From assembly GCA_963725225.1 (NCBI GenBank), contig CAVRXY010000016.1:91185-155184 (forward strand): a stretch of DNA of 64,000 bases. The letters are read 5' to 3'. Under the pieces are notes generated by a model that did no database searches, was not told the DNA's origin, and worked only from the letters and a program-made list of their open reading frames with translations. A program made the translations under genes and the position numbers. Numbering within the stretch: the first letter of the stretch is position 1; each line of letters begins with the position of its first letter. Positions 1-7,761 of this stretch are shown in pieces. This stretch comes from an uncultured Acidobacteriaceae bacterium. Lineage in GTDB: Bacteria > Acidobacteriota > Terriglobia > Terriglobales > Acidobacteriaceae.

Positions 1-759
1 GCCCTGCCCGAAGCGCTCATGGAGTCCGAGCTCTTCGGCCATGAGAAGGGTTCCTTTACCGGCGCGCATGCCAGTCGTCCCGGCCAGGTCGAGCTGGCCG
101 ATACCGGAACGCTCTTCCTCGACGAAATCGGCTCGCTCGGCCTCGCGCTCCAGAGCAAGCTGCTGCGCGTCCTGCAGGACCGTTCCGTGCATCGCATCGG
201 CGCCAAGAGCCCGCGCACCGTCGACTTCCGCCTCATCACCGCAACCAACGACAACCTCGAGCAGATGGTCAAAGCCGGCCAGTTTCGCGAGGACCTCTAC
301 TACCGAATCTGCGTCATTCCCATTTCTCTGCCGCCTCTGCGCGAGCGCGACGGGGATGTGCCGCTGCTGCTCGATCACTACATGCGCATGTACTGCATCG
401 CCGGCGATGTGCCGGTGAAGCGCTTTTCTCCCGACGCGATGCAGATGCTCGAGAGCAGCAGCTGGCCCGGCAATGTTCGCGAACTTGAGAACCTGACCCA
501 GCGACTAGCTCTCATGGTTGACGGCGAAGTGATTGATGTGGAGCACCTGCCCCAAAGGCTGGTCATCGAAAGCGCCGCCAGTCAGGATAAGATCCTCATC
601 CCTCCGGAGGGCGTTGATCTCGACGAAGAGATGAGGCGCATCGAGCTAGCTTATCTGCAGGCAGCCATTCGCCGCGCCGGCAGTAAGCGAGGAGCGGCCG
701 GCGTGCTTGGCATTCCCATCGAGAAAGTGAAGTATCTCTGCCGCAAGCATGGCATTTGA
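1..759 (+). CDS. sigma-54-dependent transcriptional activator (bEBP), C-terminal part; 5' end lies outside the window
   Basis: Frame 1 is open from nt 1. [15 protein letters not shown] is a GAFTGA-type sigma-54 contact loop. AAA+ core motifs are present ([25 protein letters not shown]). C-terminal Fis-type HTH ([21 protein letters not shown]). Confidence 0.9.
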   Translation, partial: ALPEALMESELFGHEKGSFTGAHASRPGQVELADTGTLFLDEIGSLGLALQSKLLRVLQDRSVHRIGAKSPRTVDFRLITATNDNLEQMVKAGQFREDLYYRICVIPISLPPLRERDGDVPLLLDHYMRMYCIAGDVPVKRFSPDAMQMLESSSWPGNVRELENLTQRLALMVDGEVIDVEHLPQRLVIESAASQDKILIPPEGVDLDEEMRRIELAYLQAAIRRAGSKRGAAGVLGIPIEKVKYLCRKHGI

Positions 760-784
760 AGGCCCGCCTGGGCTGCCTCGCCGA

Positions 785-826
785 GGGTTAAATTTTAACC
801 CAGGAAGGGGGTTAATTTTTAAACCC
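785..826. promoter_or_regulatory. Two tandem inverted repeats GGGTT-N7-AACCC (785-801) and GGGTT-N8-AACCC (809-826); putative enhancer (UAS) for the adjacent bEBP
   Basis: The palindromes were read directly from the sequence. They are centred about 115-140 bp upstream of the sigma-54 promoter at 919-934, a typical UAS distance. Confidence 0.45.
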
Positions 827-918
827 TAAGGGTCTCGTCCCCGTCCGATTCAGGCCAGCAGTGGCCCGAAAAACCGGTTTTGAGCACAAATTTGCTCATT
901 TTCGCGGTTTCTCGAGTT

Positions 919-934
919 TGGCATTCAAATCGCA
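919..934 (+). promoter_or_regulatory. sigma-54 (-24/-12) promoter TGGCATTCAAATCGCA
   Basis: GG (920-921) and GC (932-933) have exactly the spacing of the TGGCAC-N5-TTGC consensus. The -24 element TGGCAT is 5/6 and the -12 element TCGCA is 4/5. The site is 70 nt upstream of the GTG at 1003 and directly downstream of a bEBP gene. Confidence 0.6.
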
Positions 935-1002
935 ATAGGGATACGCGTGAGCGGACTGGAACAATCCAGGAAGCTATCAAACGACCTTAAGGAGAACACT
1001 CA

Positions 1003-1302
1003 GTGGCAATCCAGAAGAAATCGCTGATCAGCAACCTGAAGTCCAGCAAAGTTAAGTCCACGAAGCCCGTCGACGGCGCCACGCGGCTCTCGAACTCAGC
1101 CCTTTCCAACGTAGCTCTGTCCAAGACCACAATCTTGTCTGTGAGGATGCCAGGTCTTTCCAAGACGCCAGTTCTGTCCAAGTCTCCAGTTCTTTCCAAG
1201 TCTCCGTTCTCTCCAAAGACTCCGGTTCTCTCCAAGACTCCAGTTCTCTCTAAGAAGTTCTCCCAAGACGCCGTCTCTCGAAAAAGATGGTGTAACGCCT
1301 GA
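1003..1302 (+). CDS. small (99 aa) basic Lys/Ser/Pro/Thr-rich protein with LSK(T/S)PV hexapeptide repeats; unknown family
   Basis: GTG start with AAGGAG (989-994) 8 nt upstream, a sigma-54 promoter upstream and a hairpin terminator downstream. GC3-rich codons in the N-terminal third support this frame. No signal peptide or TM segment. Confidence 0.5.
   Translation: MAIQKKSLISNLKSSKVKSTKPVDGATRLSNSALSNVALSKTTILSVRMPGLSKTPVLSKSPVLSKSPFSPKTPVLSKTPVLSKKFSQDAVSRKRWCNA
1156..1263 (+). repeat. six tandem 18-nt units (ctYtcYaagaCKccRgtt-like) inside the small ORF
   Basis: Unit boundaries are 1156, 1174, 1192, 1210, 1228 and 1246. The units encode LSKTPV/LSKSPV/LSKSPF/SPKTPV/LSKTPV/LSKKFS. Confidence 0.85.
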
Positions 1303-1345
1303 GCCGCTGGCAACGAGCGGACTCGTCCATGCCCATCAATCAGTA

Positions 1346-1379
1346 AAAGGAAGAGCTACGGCTCTTCCTTTCTGTTTTT
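1346..1379. terminator. bidirectional rho-independent terminator shared by the convergent genes
   Basis: An 11-bp perfect stem aaaggaagagc / gctcttccttt with loop tacg, followed by ctgttttt on the + strand and an A/T-rich flank on the other side. Confidence 0.75.
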
Positions 1380-1385
1380 GCCGAG

Positions 1386-3536
1386 CTACCAGAGCTTGCG
1401 GTCCACGAAATCGCGGATCTCGCGTGCGGCAATTCCTGCGAGACTGGTGCGACGCACCACGATTCTCGCTGTTCCAGTCATTCCGGCCCGCAGCGAGCCG
1501 TCATTTTCGAGCAGGACATCGGCGAGATAGTCGCCCGTGCTCGTCTCTCCCTGAATCTGCTTAATAGTTTCTACCGCTGCCGGCACATGGCCCGAGGCCA
1601 TCTCGATGCGCTCAACCGATGAGTGTCGCGGCGCGAAAGTTCCATCCACCAGCAGACTCACGCGCGCCCGCGGCTGCACATGCCCGACTGCAAATTCCGG
1701 AACATAGAGCAGCGCTCGCATGATTTGCGTGTCGACCACATCGGTTATGGTCACCCCTGCATCCAGATAGCTGTCCGTCAGGTCCTTCAGCCGCGTTGCC
1801 GTGACCACACCATCGATCGGCGCACGAGCCACCAGTTGTTGTGTCTCCTCGCCGGCGATTGCGGAGTTCTTTTCCGCCTTGGCGTGCTCCTGCTCGGCGG
1901 CGCCCACGTCGCCATGCGTGAGCAACTCCTGGATGCGCGCTCCTGCAGTAAGGGCCACTTCTTTGCCTGAGGCCGCGCGAGCCGAATCAAGAGTCGCATT
2001 CGTCATCGTCAGCAACGGATCGCCGGCCTGGACATGCTGGCCTTCCTCAGCCAACACCGCGGTAACGCGCCCCGGCACCATGGCACGCACCACCGCCTGG
2101 CGCGCGGGTTCCAGCAGGAACCGCACCGTGATCGTCTCGCGCCAGAGCGGAAGAAACACAAGCATCAGAAAAATAGCCACGCCACCCACGATCCGAGGCA
2201 GGGACAGCCAGGCACGGACACGGTCACGTTTGTCGAGATACACAGTCCTCACAAACCTCAAGAGTATTTTGATCCGAGAGCGGAAAATAAGTAGCGCCAA
2301 CGCCAGCACGGGAATGAACGCCCACTGCGGGGTAAATCGGGAAAGGACGTTGTTACTGAATCGCAGGACCGTGAACAAAAGCATGTAGCTGTAAAGCCCG
2401 GAGAGAATCGCATACGTTAAATAGCCCGATCGCCGTCGCCTCGGTACGAATTCCATCTCGACGGGAAGGCGGAAGATATGCCTCCGAACCAGCCCCGAGA
2501 GATATGCTGTCGATCTCTCCTTGATGTCGGAGAAGCCGATGATCTCGGAGAACGCGTAGTACCCATCCAGCTTGATCAGCGGGTTCATATTGACCACCAC
2601 AACCGCGACTCCGGTGATCAGCATGATTTTGTATGCCAGATCGTGCGCGCCGCTTCCTGGGGGCGTGCCCCACCAGAGGATGGTTGCCACCGCGCAAAAG
2701 ATCATCTCCGCTCCGATGCCGGCGAGGATGATGAGGAATCGCTGCCAGCGTCCGGCATAGACGAACGCCTCGCTCACATCCACAAAGAAGGCCGGAGTCA
2801 GGTAGATGAGGTGGAAGCCCATCGCGTGGACCTGTCCGCCATAGTGCTTGCAGGTCAGCCCGTGTGCCGACTCGTGAAAGAACGCGAGGATTAGAAACAG
2901 CAACCAGAACTCAGCCAGATCGCCCGCAGTCTTTTGCGTAAAGTTATAGAACAACAGCGAGTCCTGCGCTATCTGTCCCCAGTTTGCGGCGAACACATAG
3001 ATCATGAACCCGAACAGAACGAGGCACACAACGCCAAACCATCGCGAATAAAGCCACTTCAGCCGGGGATAAATCCGATTGAAATATCGATCCGGATCCC
3101 AAGCTGAAAACTGCATGTGCGCCACATCGCCCCACTTCGATTTCTTGTGTGCGTGCTGATGACGGCCTTCCTCGAGTTTCTGTTGCAGTGCGATATTTTT
3201 TTCGAGGGGCGTTCTGTACCAGAAGTCGACCGCGTCCAGACCGCTGGTAAACTCGCGCAGGTCGTCGGGATCGAAGCGCGTCCCGTAGAGTTCCGCATGC
3301 AGCGCTGCCACGTCCTCCCACGATCGGGTGCCGTCAAACAGCTCGATGATTTTCCACTGTTCCGGCGGGAAGCGGAAAAAGCTGTCGCGGCCGCGAATCA
3401 TCGCCACGATCACGGGCTTCCCATCATCGCTGTTCTCCTGCCAGATAAGCCCGGGGTCGACCTTCGGATAACTGACTCGCGCTTTCCGAGCCGGCAGATC
3501 CGGCAGTGCCGCATTGAGCGCCTCGGCAAGGTTCAT
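1386..3536 (-). CDS. M50 (site-2-protease-like) membrane metalloprotease with an N-terminal PqqD/RRE-like segment and a C-terminal HlyD-type adaptor domain (716 aa)
   Basis: HESAHG zinc motif and NMNPLIKLDGYY (the S2P NxxPxxxLDG-type motif) lie in a polytopic region. The C-terminal ~270 aa resemble membrane-fusion proteins (VQAGDPLLTM ... VVTATRL ... ARIVV). The start overlaps the upstream stop by 4 bp. Confidence 0.8.
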   Translation of the reverse strand: MNLAEALNAALPDLPARKARVSYPKVDPGLIWQENSDDGKPVIVAMIRGRDSFFRFPPEQWKIIELFDGTRSWEDVAALHAELYGTRFDPDDLREFTSGLDAVDFWYRTPLEKNIALQQKLEEGRHQHAHKKSKWGDVAHMQFSAWDPDRYFNRIYPRLKWLYSRWFGVVCLVLFGFMIYVFAANWGQIAQDSLLFYNFTQKTAGDLAEFWLLFLILAFFHESAHGLTCKHYGGQVHAMGFHLIYLTPAFFVDVSEAFVYAGRWQRFLIILAGIGAEMIFCAVATILWWGTPPGSGAHDLAYKIMLITGVAVVVVNMNPLIKLDGYYAFSEIIGFSDIKERSTAYLSGLVRRHIFRLPVEMEFVPRRRRSGYLTYAILSGLYSYMLLFTVLRFSNNVLSRFTPQWAFIPVLALALLIFRSRIKILLRFVRTVYLDKRDRVRAWLSLPRIVGGVAIFLMLVFLPLWRETITVRFLLEPARQAVVRAMVPGRVTAVLAEEGQHVQAGDPLLTMTNATLDSARAASGKEVALTAGARIQELLTHGDVGAAEQEHAKAEKNSAIAGEETQQLVARAPIDGVVTATRLKDLTDSYLDAGVTITDVVDTQIMRALLYVPEFAVGHVQPRARVSLLVDGTFAPRHSSVERIEMASGHVPAAVETIKQIQGETSTGDYLADVLLENDGSLRAGMTGTARIVVRRTSLAGIAAREIRDFVDRKLW
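3219..3416 (-). other. PqqD-like / RiPP-recognition-element-like segment (residues ~41-106 of the M50 fusion)
   Basis: FRFPPEQWKIIELFDGTRSWEDVAALHAELYGTRFDPDDLREFTSGLDAVDFW aligns by eye to the PqqD pattern ([10 protein letters not shown]..I...L...F....VD.DV.EFL..L....W). Confidence 0.5.
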
Positions 3537-4450
3537 GGTCTGCGGGGTACTCGGATGGTCGCCACCATTCCCGGCAGCAGGCCCGGCATCTTACGGCTCA
3601 GCACCGCGGTGACTTCAATCGTTCCGCTGCCGGGATCGACAACCGGGCTCAGGTGCGTTACCGCCGCCAGGGCCGTCACTTGAAAATCGGGCGTGGCGGA
3701 TACCGTTACCAGAGATCCTCTCCGCAGCGCAGCACCCTCCCGCGCGGGCAGGGTGAAGCGGACTTCAAGCGGCGAATTGCCGGTCACCTGGAAGAGCCGA
3801 TCACCGATGTGAAGATATTGCCCCTTTCGCACATATCTCTGCGACACCTCGCCATCGAAGGGCGCGACGATCCGGGTCTTTTCCATCTCCATATCGAGAG
3901 ATCGGAGGGCAGCCTGCGCGCTCTCCATTTCTCCGCGCTGCCGCTCCACTTCATATTGCGTGGCGGTCAGATCGTATCTCGCATGATCGAGCGCTTCCTG
4001 CGTATTGATCCCATCTTTTCGCAGTTCCTCTGCGCGGCGCAGGTCCGCCTTGCGCACCTCCACTTCAGCTTCCCAGTTCTTCAGGTCGGCCTCGAGGCTC
4101 TTGGCCTTGTACTCCGCCGCGCTGCGGTCGTCGGCAAGCTCGCGATCGTCAAGTCGCGCGAGCAGCTGACCGCTTCGAACACCCATGTCCACGTCGGCAT
4201 CGAGCGAAGCGATCACGCCCGACCGCTGCGCAACCACATCCAGTTGCTGCTCCATCGTCACCGGCCCGGTCACCACCAGGTCATCTGGCGCGGCTACTGG
4301 CGCAGGATGATTGACTGTCTCAGCGACCGGCCGCGCAGCCGCGGAGGCTGCAACCACCGTGGCGCTTTCGCCCGGCTGCCTGCTGGAAGCACAACCGGCG
4401 ACAGCAGCCGCAAAGTAGCAAACCGCAATTACTGCAAACAGCCGGCTCAT
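3533..4450 (-). CDS. HlyD-family periplasmic adaptor lipoprotein (305 aa)
   Basis: Signal peptide with lipobox AVAGC|ASS, a coiled-coil hairpin (EADLKNWEAEVEVRKADLRRAEEL...) and beta-barrel motifs (RIVAPFDGEV). Confidence 0.8.
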   Translation of the reverse strand: MSRLFAVIAVCYFAAAVAGCASSRQPGESATVVAASAAARPVAETVNHPAPVAAPDDLVVTGPVTMEQQLDVVAQRSGVIASLDADVDMGVRSGQLLARLDDRELADDRSAAEYKAKSLEADLKNWEAEVEVRKADLRRAEELRKDGINTQEALDHARYDLTATQYEVERQRGEMESAQAALRSLDMEMEKTRIVAPFDGEVSQRYVRKGQYLHIGDRLFQVTGNSPLEVRFTLPAREGAALRRGSLVTVSATPDFQVTALAAVTHLSPVVDPGSGTIEVTAVLSRKMPGLLPGMVATIRVPRRP

Positions 4451-4457
4451 CGCTTTT

Positions 4458-6866
4458 TCACCATCCCAACCACGCCCACAATTTCGCCCACGCCCACACC
4501 GCTATGTCGCGGAAGATCACATACCCCAGCGGCCGCAACCCGGTTCGCACCTTGCCGAACCCCTGCATGCCCGGCCGCAGACTTCCGTCGGAATTCGGAA
4601 CCGTGACCCTCGCGTAAAACACGCGGTCATCGCCAACCACCCCAGCCGCAGGGCTCACTACACTGACTGTGCCGCGGTACGTGCGCGTCGGAAAGGACTC
4701 GAGCTTGATGCTCGCCGGGTCGCCGGCGCGCAGCAGGGTCACGTCCCGCTCCGGCACTGCGACGTCGACGACCGAGCGGTCAGTCCTCACAATATCGATC
4801 ATCGGATCTCCGGCAGTGACTTTGCGTCCCATCAGGTTCTCAACGTGCGGCGTAGTGACGACGCCGCTGATGGCGGCCCGAATCGTCGTCCGTCCCACTT
4901 GCTCCGCCAGGCGTCTCATCTCGCCGCGAAGATATTCGCCTTCCAGCTGCCGTTGGCCAGCCAGCGGCGCGTCGTTGTTCACCAGCGCCTGTGCTGTCTG
5001 CGCCATCGCGGTGTTGTACCGGGCCGCCACGCTGGCCGCTGCTGCACGCTGTTCCCAATCGGCCATTTGCAGCAGCGGCGTGCCCGGGGCAACCTTCTCA
5101 CCTTCCTGCACCAGCACCTTTTGAACGACCCCGTCTTCTTCAGCGTGCACCGATTGCGTCTGCCCCGCGGCCACTTGCGCGGTTCCAGAAACGCGCATGG
5201 GAACAGGAACCGTAACCAGCGCCAGCAGCATCGCCGTCGCCCCGGTAATAATCAACGCCCTGCGCCGCCGGTCGATGGCCAGGAAGCGACGCTTCTTTTC
5301 CATCAGCGGCTCCAGAATCCCGATGAACGGCACCTCTTTGTACAGCGAGGCGTTGCGCAGCGCCAGCGTCGCTTGGCTCGACAGCAGCTTGATGACCTCG
5401 ATATGCAGTTCCGTCAGGAAGTCCGGGTCGGCGCTGTCAAACGACAGCATGCCCAGCCGGCCCTGATCGTCCGCCAGCGGAATTGCATAGAATCCGCGAT
5501 AGCCGGTCTCTTCGAAGTATCTTCGGAACTTTTCGCTGGCTTCCGGCCGCGGATCGCTGATCTCGTCCTCGTGCATCGAGACGTGGATTTCTGTGTCGAG
5601 ACCGGCAGCCCAGCGCAGCACCTCCCGCAGTCGGTGCGCCGAGGGTTCCGACGTATCCAGTTTGGTCACGCCGGAGATCGCTTTGATCGTCAGCCGATTC
5701 CGCTCCTCCAGTGCAATCGCCGCCCGATCGTAGGGAATCACAAGCTGCGGTTGATTGACGACGGCCTGCAGGACCCGCTCCTGATTTAACGTCGAGCTGA
5801 TTTCCTGACCTACGCTGACCAGCGTTTGCAGGATTTCGATCTTTCGTTCGGCCTGCAGCAGCGAGGCATTGTGCAGTGCCTGCGCCGCGGAGGACGCCAC
5901 CTGAGTCAGAACGAACAAGTCATCCTCGGTGAATGGCGGATCCTCCTCGAAACGGATCGCCTCGATCACCCCAACCAAGTTTTCCCCGTCGAGCACCGGT
6001 GTGGCCATCAGGGAGCCCACGGCCACTTCCTGTGATTGTGCATTTCGTATCGCCAGCGCCGCATCGCCCATCTGTAGCAGCACTGCCTCACCGCTCTCGC
6101 CGGCGTCGCCCGCGATGCCGCCACCGGCCGACTGTCGATCCCCCCTCTGCGCAACCGGATCGGCCCCGGCCTGCTGCATCAGCAGCAAGTCGTGCTGATC
6201 TACCATCCACAGGTTCACCGCCTGCGCTCGAATCAGATCGAAGACCTTCTCGCAGATAACGGGCAGCAGGGTTTCCATCTCTAGACTCGCGCTGAAGACC
6301 TTTTCGATGTCATAGAGCTGCGTTAGCCGCATGACGGAAGCCAGCTGCGCATCGCGCTCCGCTGCATAGACTGCGCCTCCAGCCACCGCGAGTGCGGCAA
6401 TCCGCGCAAGCTCTGCGATGCCCTCCAGAGCGGAGGGTCCCGGCAATTCCCCAAAGCTCACAATCTCGATACAGCCCAGGAGCCGCTCGTCCAGCAGCAG
6501 CGGAATACACGTAAGCCCGGTCACGCTCTGTCGTACGTCGAGATGCGCATACTCTTCCCGCGAAAGATCGTCCGCAAGAAATTGCAGAATCGCCCGCTCC
6601 CGAGCTGCGGCGCCCAGAGCCCCCGAGTCCACAGGAATCGGAACACCGTCGACCGCTATATCGCCGGCGGTCGCCTTCGCGGTCCAAAGCGAGGCTTCAG
6701 CATCTTCAACGACGAAGACGGCAACGGCTACGTCCCCCAGCGCATCGACGATGCTCTGCGCGACAATGCGAGCGCGAGGGCCAATCTCCAGTTCCGCAAG
6801 AAGCGCCGCCGCAATCTCCGCTACAGGAACCGCTACCGCGGGATCTGACAACCGCGAGACCTCCAT
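4458..6866 (-). CDS. three GAF-like domains, one TM segment and a HlyD-type adaptor domain (802 aa)
   Basis: Three ~150-aa N-terminal repeats have GAF-like strands (LLGCIEIVSF, LVGVIEAIRF, RLGMLSFDS). TM segment ALIITGATAMLLALVTVPV. The C-terminus is adaptor-like (GVVQKVLVQEGEKVAPGTPLLQM ... RAAISGVVTTP). Confidence 0.7.
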   Translation of the reverse strand: MEVSRLSDPAVAVPVAEIAAALLAELEIGPRARIVAQSIVDALGDVAVAVFVVEDAEASLWTAKATAGDIAVDGVPIPVDSGALGAAARERAILQFLADDLSREEYAHLDVRQSVTGLTCIPLLLDERLLGCIEIVSFGELPGPSALEGIAELARIAALAVAGGAVYAAERDAQLASVMRLTQLYDIEKVFSASLEMETLLPVICEKVFDLIRAQAVNLWMVDQHDLLLMQQAGADPVAQRGDRQSAGGGIAGDAGESGEAVLLQMGDAALAIRNAQSQEVAVGSLMATPVLDGENLVGVIEAIRFEEDPPFTEDDLFVLTQVASSAAQALHNASLLQAERKIEILQTLVSVGQEISSTLNQERVLQAVVNQPQLVIPYDRAAIALEERNRLTIKAISGVTKLDTSEPSAHRLREVLRWAAGLDTEIHVSMHEDEISDPRPEASEKFRRYFEETGYRGFYAIPLADDQGRLGMLSFDSADPDFLTELHIEVIKLLSSQATLALRNASLYKEVPFIGILEPLMEKKRRFLAIDRRRRALIITGATAMLLALVTVPVPMRVSGTAQVAAGQTQSVHAEEDGVVQKVLVQEGEKVAPGTPLLQMADWEQRAAAASVAARYNTAMAQTAQALVNNDAPLAGQRQLEGEYLRGEMRRLAEQVGRTTIRAAISGVVTTPHVENLMGRKVTAGDPMIDIVRTDRSVVDVAVPERDVTLLRAGDPASIKLESFPTRTYRGTVSVVSPAAGVVGDDRVFYARVTVPNSDGSLRPGMQGFGKVRTGLRPLGYVIFRDIAVWAWAKLWAWLGW

Positions 6867-6922
6867 CGATCAATGCTGGGGGGAATGGCTAGTATGGTAT
6901 CCTGCCGCTGCTCGAAGGGGTT

Positions 6923-6938
6923 AGCAATTTCTGATCCT
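6923..6938 (-). promoter_or_regulatory. weak candidate sigma-54 promoter AGGATCAGAAATTGCT upstream of the GAF-adaptor operon
   Basis: On the minus strand the GG/GC spacing is correct and the -12 TTGCT is perfect, but the -24 element is poor (AGGATC). It lies about 57 nt upstream of the start at 6866. Confidence 0.25.
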
Positions 6939-7059
6939 GCTGCTTGCACGCGGAGGTTCGCCGGAATCTACAGACGGATTCCATAGCTTGCCGCGGCCGA
7001 CGAGGGTAGATTGCTGATGCAGACGGCCGGTTGTTCCAGTCGTTTCGAAAGGAGATCTG

Positions 7060-7407
7060 TTGAGGCCGCTCGAAGTCAGCTATTTGAAGTATGGTCAGGT
7101 CGGATTAGTCACAGTACAGGGAGGGCTTGTACTCGGACCACCTGTCGAATCTCTCCGAAAGACCTTGGACAATCTCACCGCTCACGGAGAGACACAACTC
7201 GTCCTTAATCTCGCCGGCATCGATCGCCTCGATTCCAGCGGCATAGGCCTCCTCGTCAAAGCTCTTCAGTCCTGCAAAGGTGCCGGAGGAAACGTTAAGC
7301 TGACGAACCTGCCAAAGGTCGTTACACAAACCCTGAGCATGTGCTGCCTACTGCCTTTGTTCGATGTCTACGATCAGGACCAGGACGCAATCGCTTCTTT
7401 TGGATAA
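7060..7407 (+). CDS. STAS-domain protein (anti-sigma-factor antagonist family)
   Basis: TTG start preceded by AAGGAG. LVLNLAGIDRLDSSGIGLLV is the typical SpoIIAA/STAS motif with the phosphorylatable Ser context. Confidence 0.8.
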   Translation: MRPLEVSYLKYGQVGLVTVQGGLVLGPPVESLRKTLDNLTAHGETQLVLNLAGIDRLDSSGIGLLVKALQSCKGAGGNVKLTNLPKVVTQTLSMCCLLPLFDVYDQDQDAIASFG

Positions 7408-7761
7408 CGTCCGGCATTTACTTTGAGCCAAGATCGTCTTTCTGAAAGATTCGAGTTGGCTCCGCAATCCCGCGTAACGGTCGTATTACCGGCAAACCGA
7501 AAGCAATTCACCGGGCCGAAAAACCGGCGTCTCGGACAAGTGATTCTGGCTAACAAAGAGTGACGACCCGGTGAGTCGATTAGCGCTAAACCCCGTTGGC
7601 AACAACCAAACTTCAAACGGAGCTTGTCCTGTCTATCTAAAGGCCCGGGCGCAGGATCCCATTCACTTCCTATGAGCAGAAACGAGGTGACGGAGCATTT
7701 GCCGGGGACGATCAAGCGCGAAAGTCATAAATAAGCACTGAGCTTAGAGGAATAGTTGCCC

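Noticed and set aside
1156-1263. Could the 18-nt tandem repeats be a CRISPR-like or minisatellite array?
   Set aside because: The units are contiguous with no spacers, are degenerate in a codon-like pattern and lie in an ORF with translation signals. No cas genes are present anywhere in the window.
987-1313. A 108-aa minus-strand ORF with LERTGV repeats, opposite the small repeat ORF
   Set aside because: It is the mirror image of the 18-nt repeats. It has no RBS and sits immediately downstream of the terminator on its strand. The sigma-54 promoter, RBS and GC3 pattern all favour the plus-strand frame.
6889-6984. A 31-aa minus-strand ORF (MESVCRFRRTSACKQQ...) upstream of the GAF-adaptor gene, considered as an alternative precursor peptide
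   Set aside because: It has no Shine-Dalgarno sequence, overlaps the candidate promoter and has arbitrary-looking composition. It cannot be supported from sequence alone.
7408-7760. A 350-bp ORF-poor stretch. I looked for tmRNA, RNase P or other structured RNA, because GATTCTGG and a short ORF ending in TAA resemble tmRNA features.
   Set aside because: There is no tRNA-like 5'/3' ends (no GGGG...UUCGA...ACCA), no Ala-rich tag ending in LAA/VAA, and no RNase P P4 motifs. More likely it is decayed coding DNA downstream of the uxuA remnant. The 113-aa ORF at 7374-7715 has no recognisable features.
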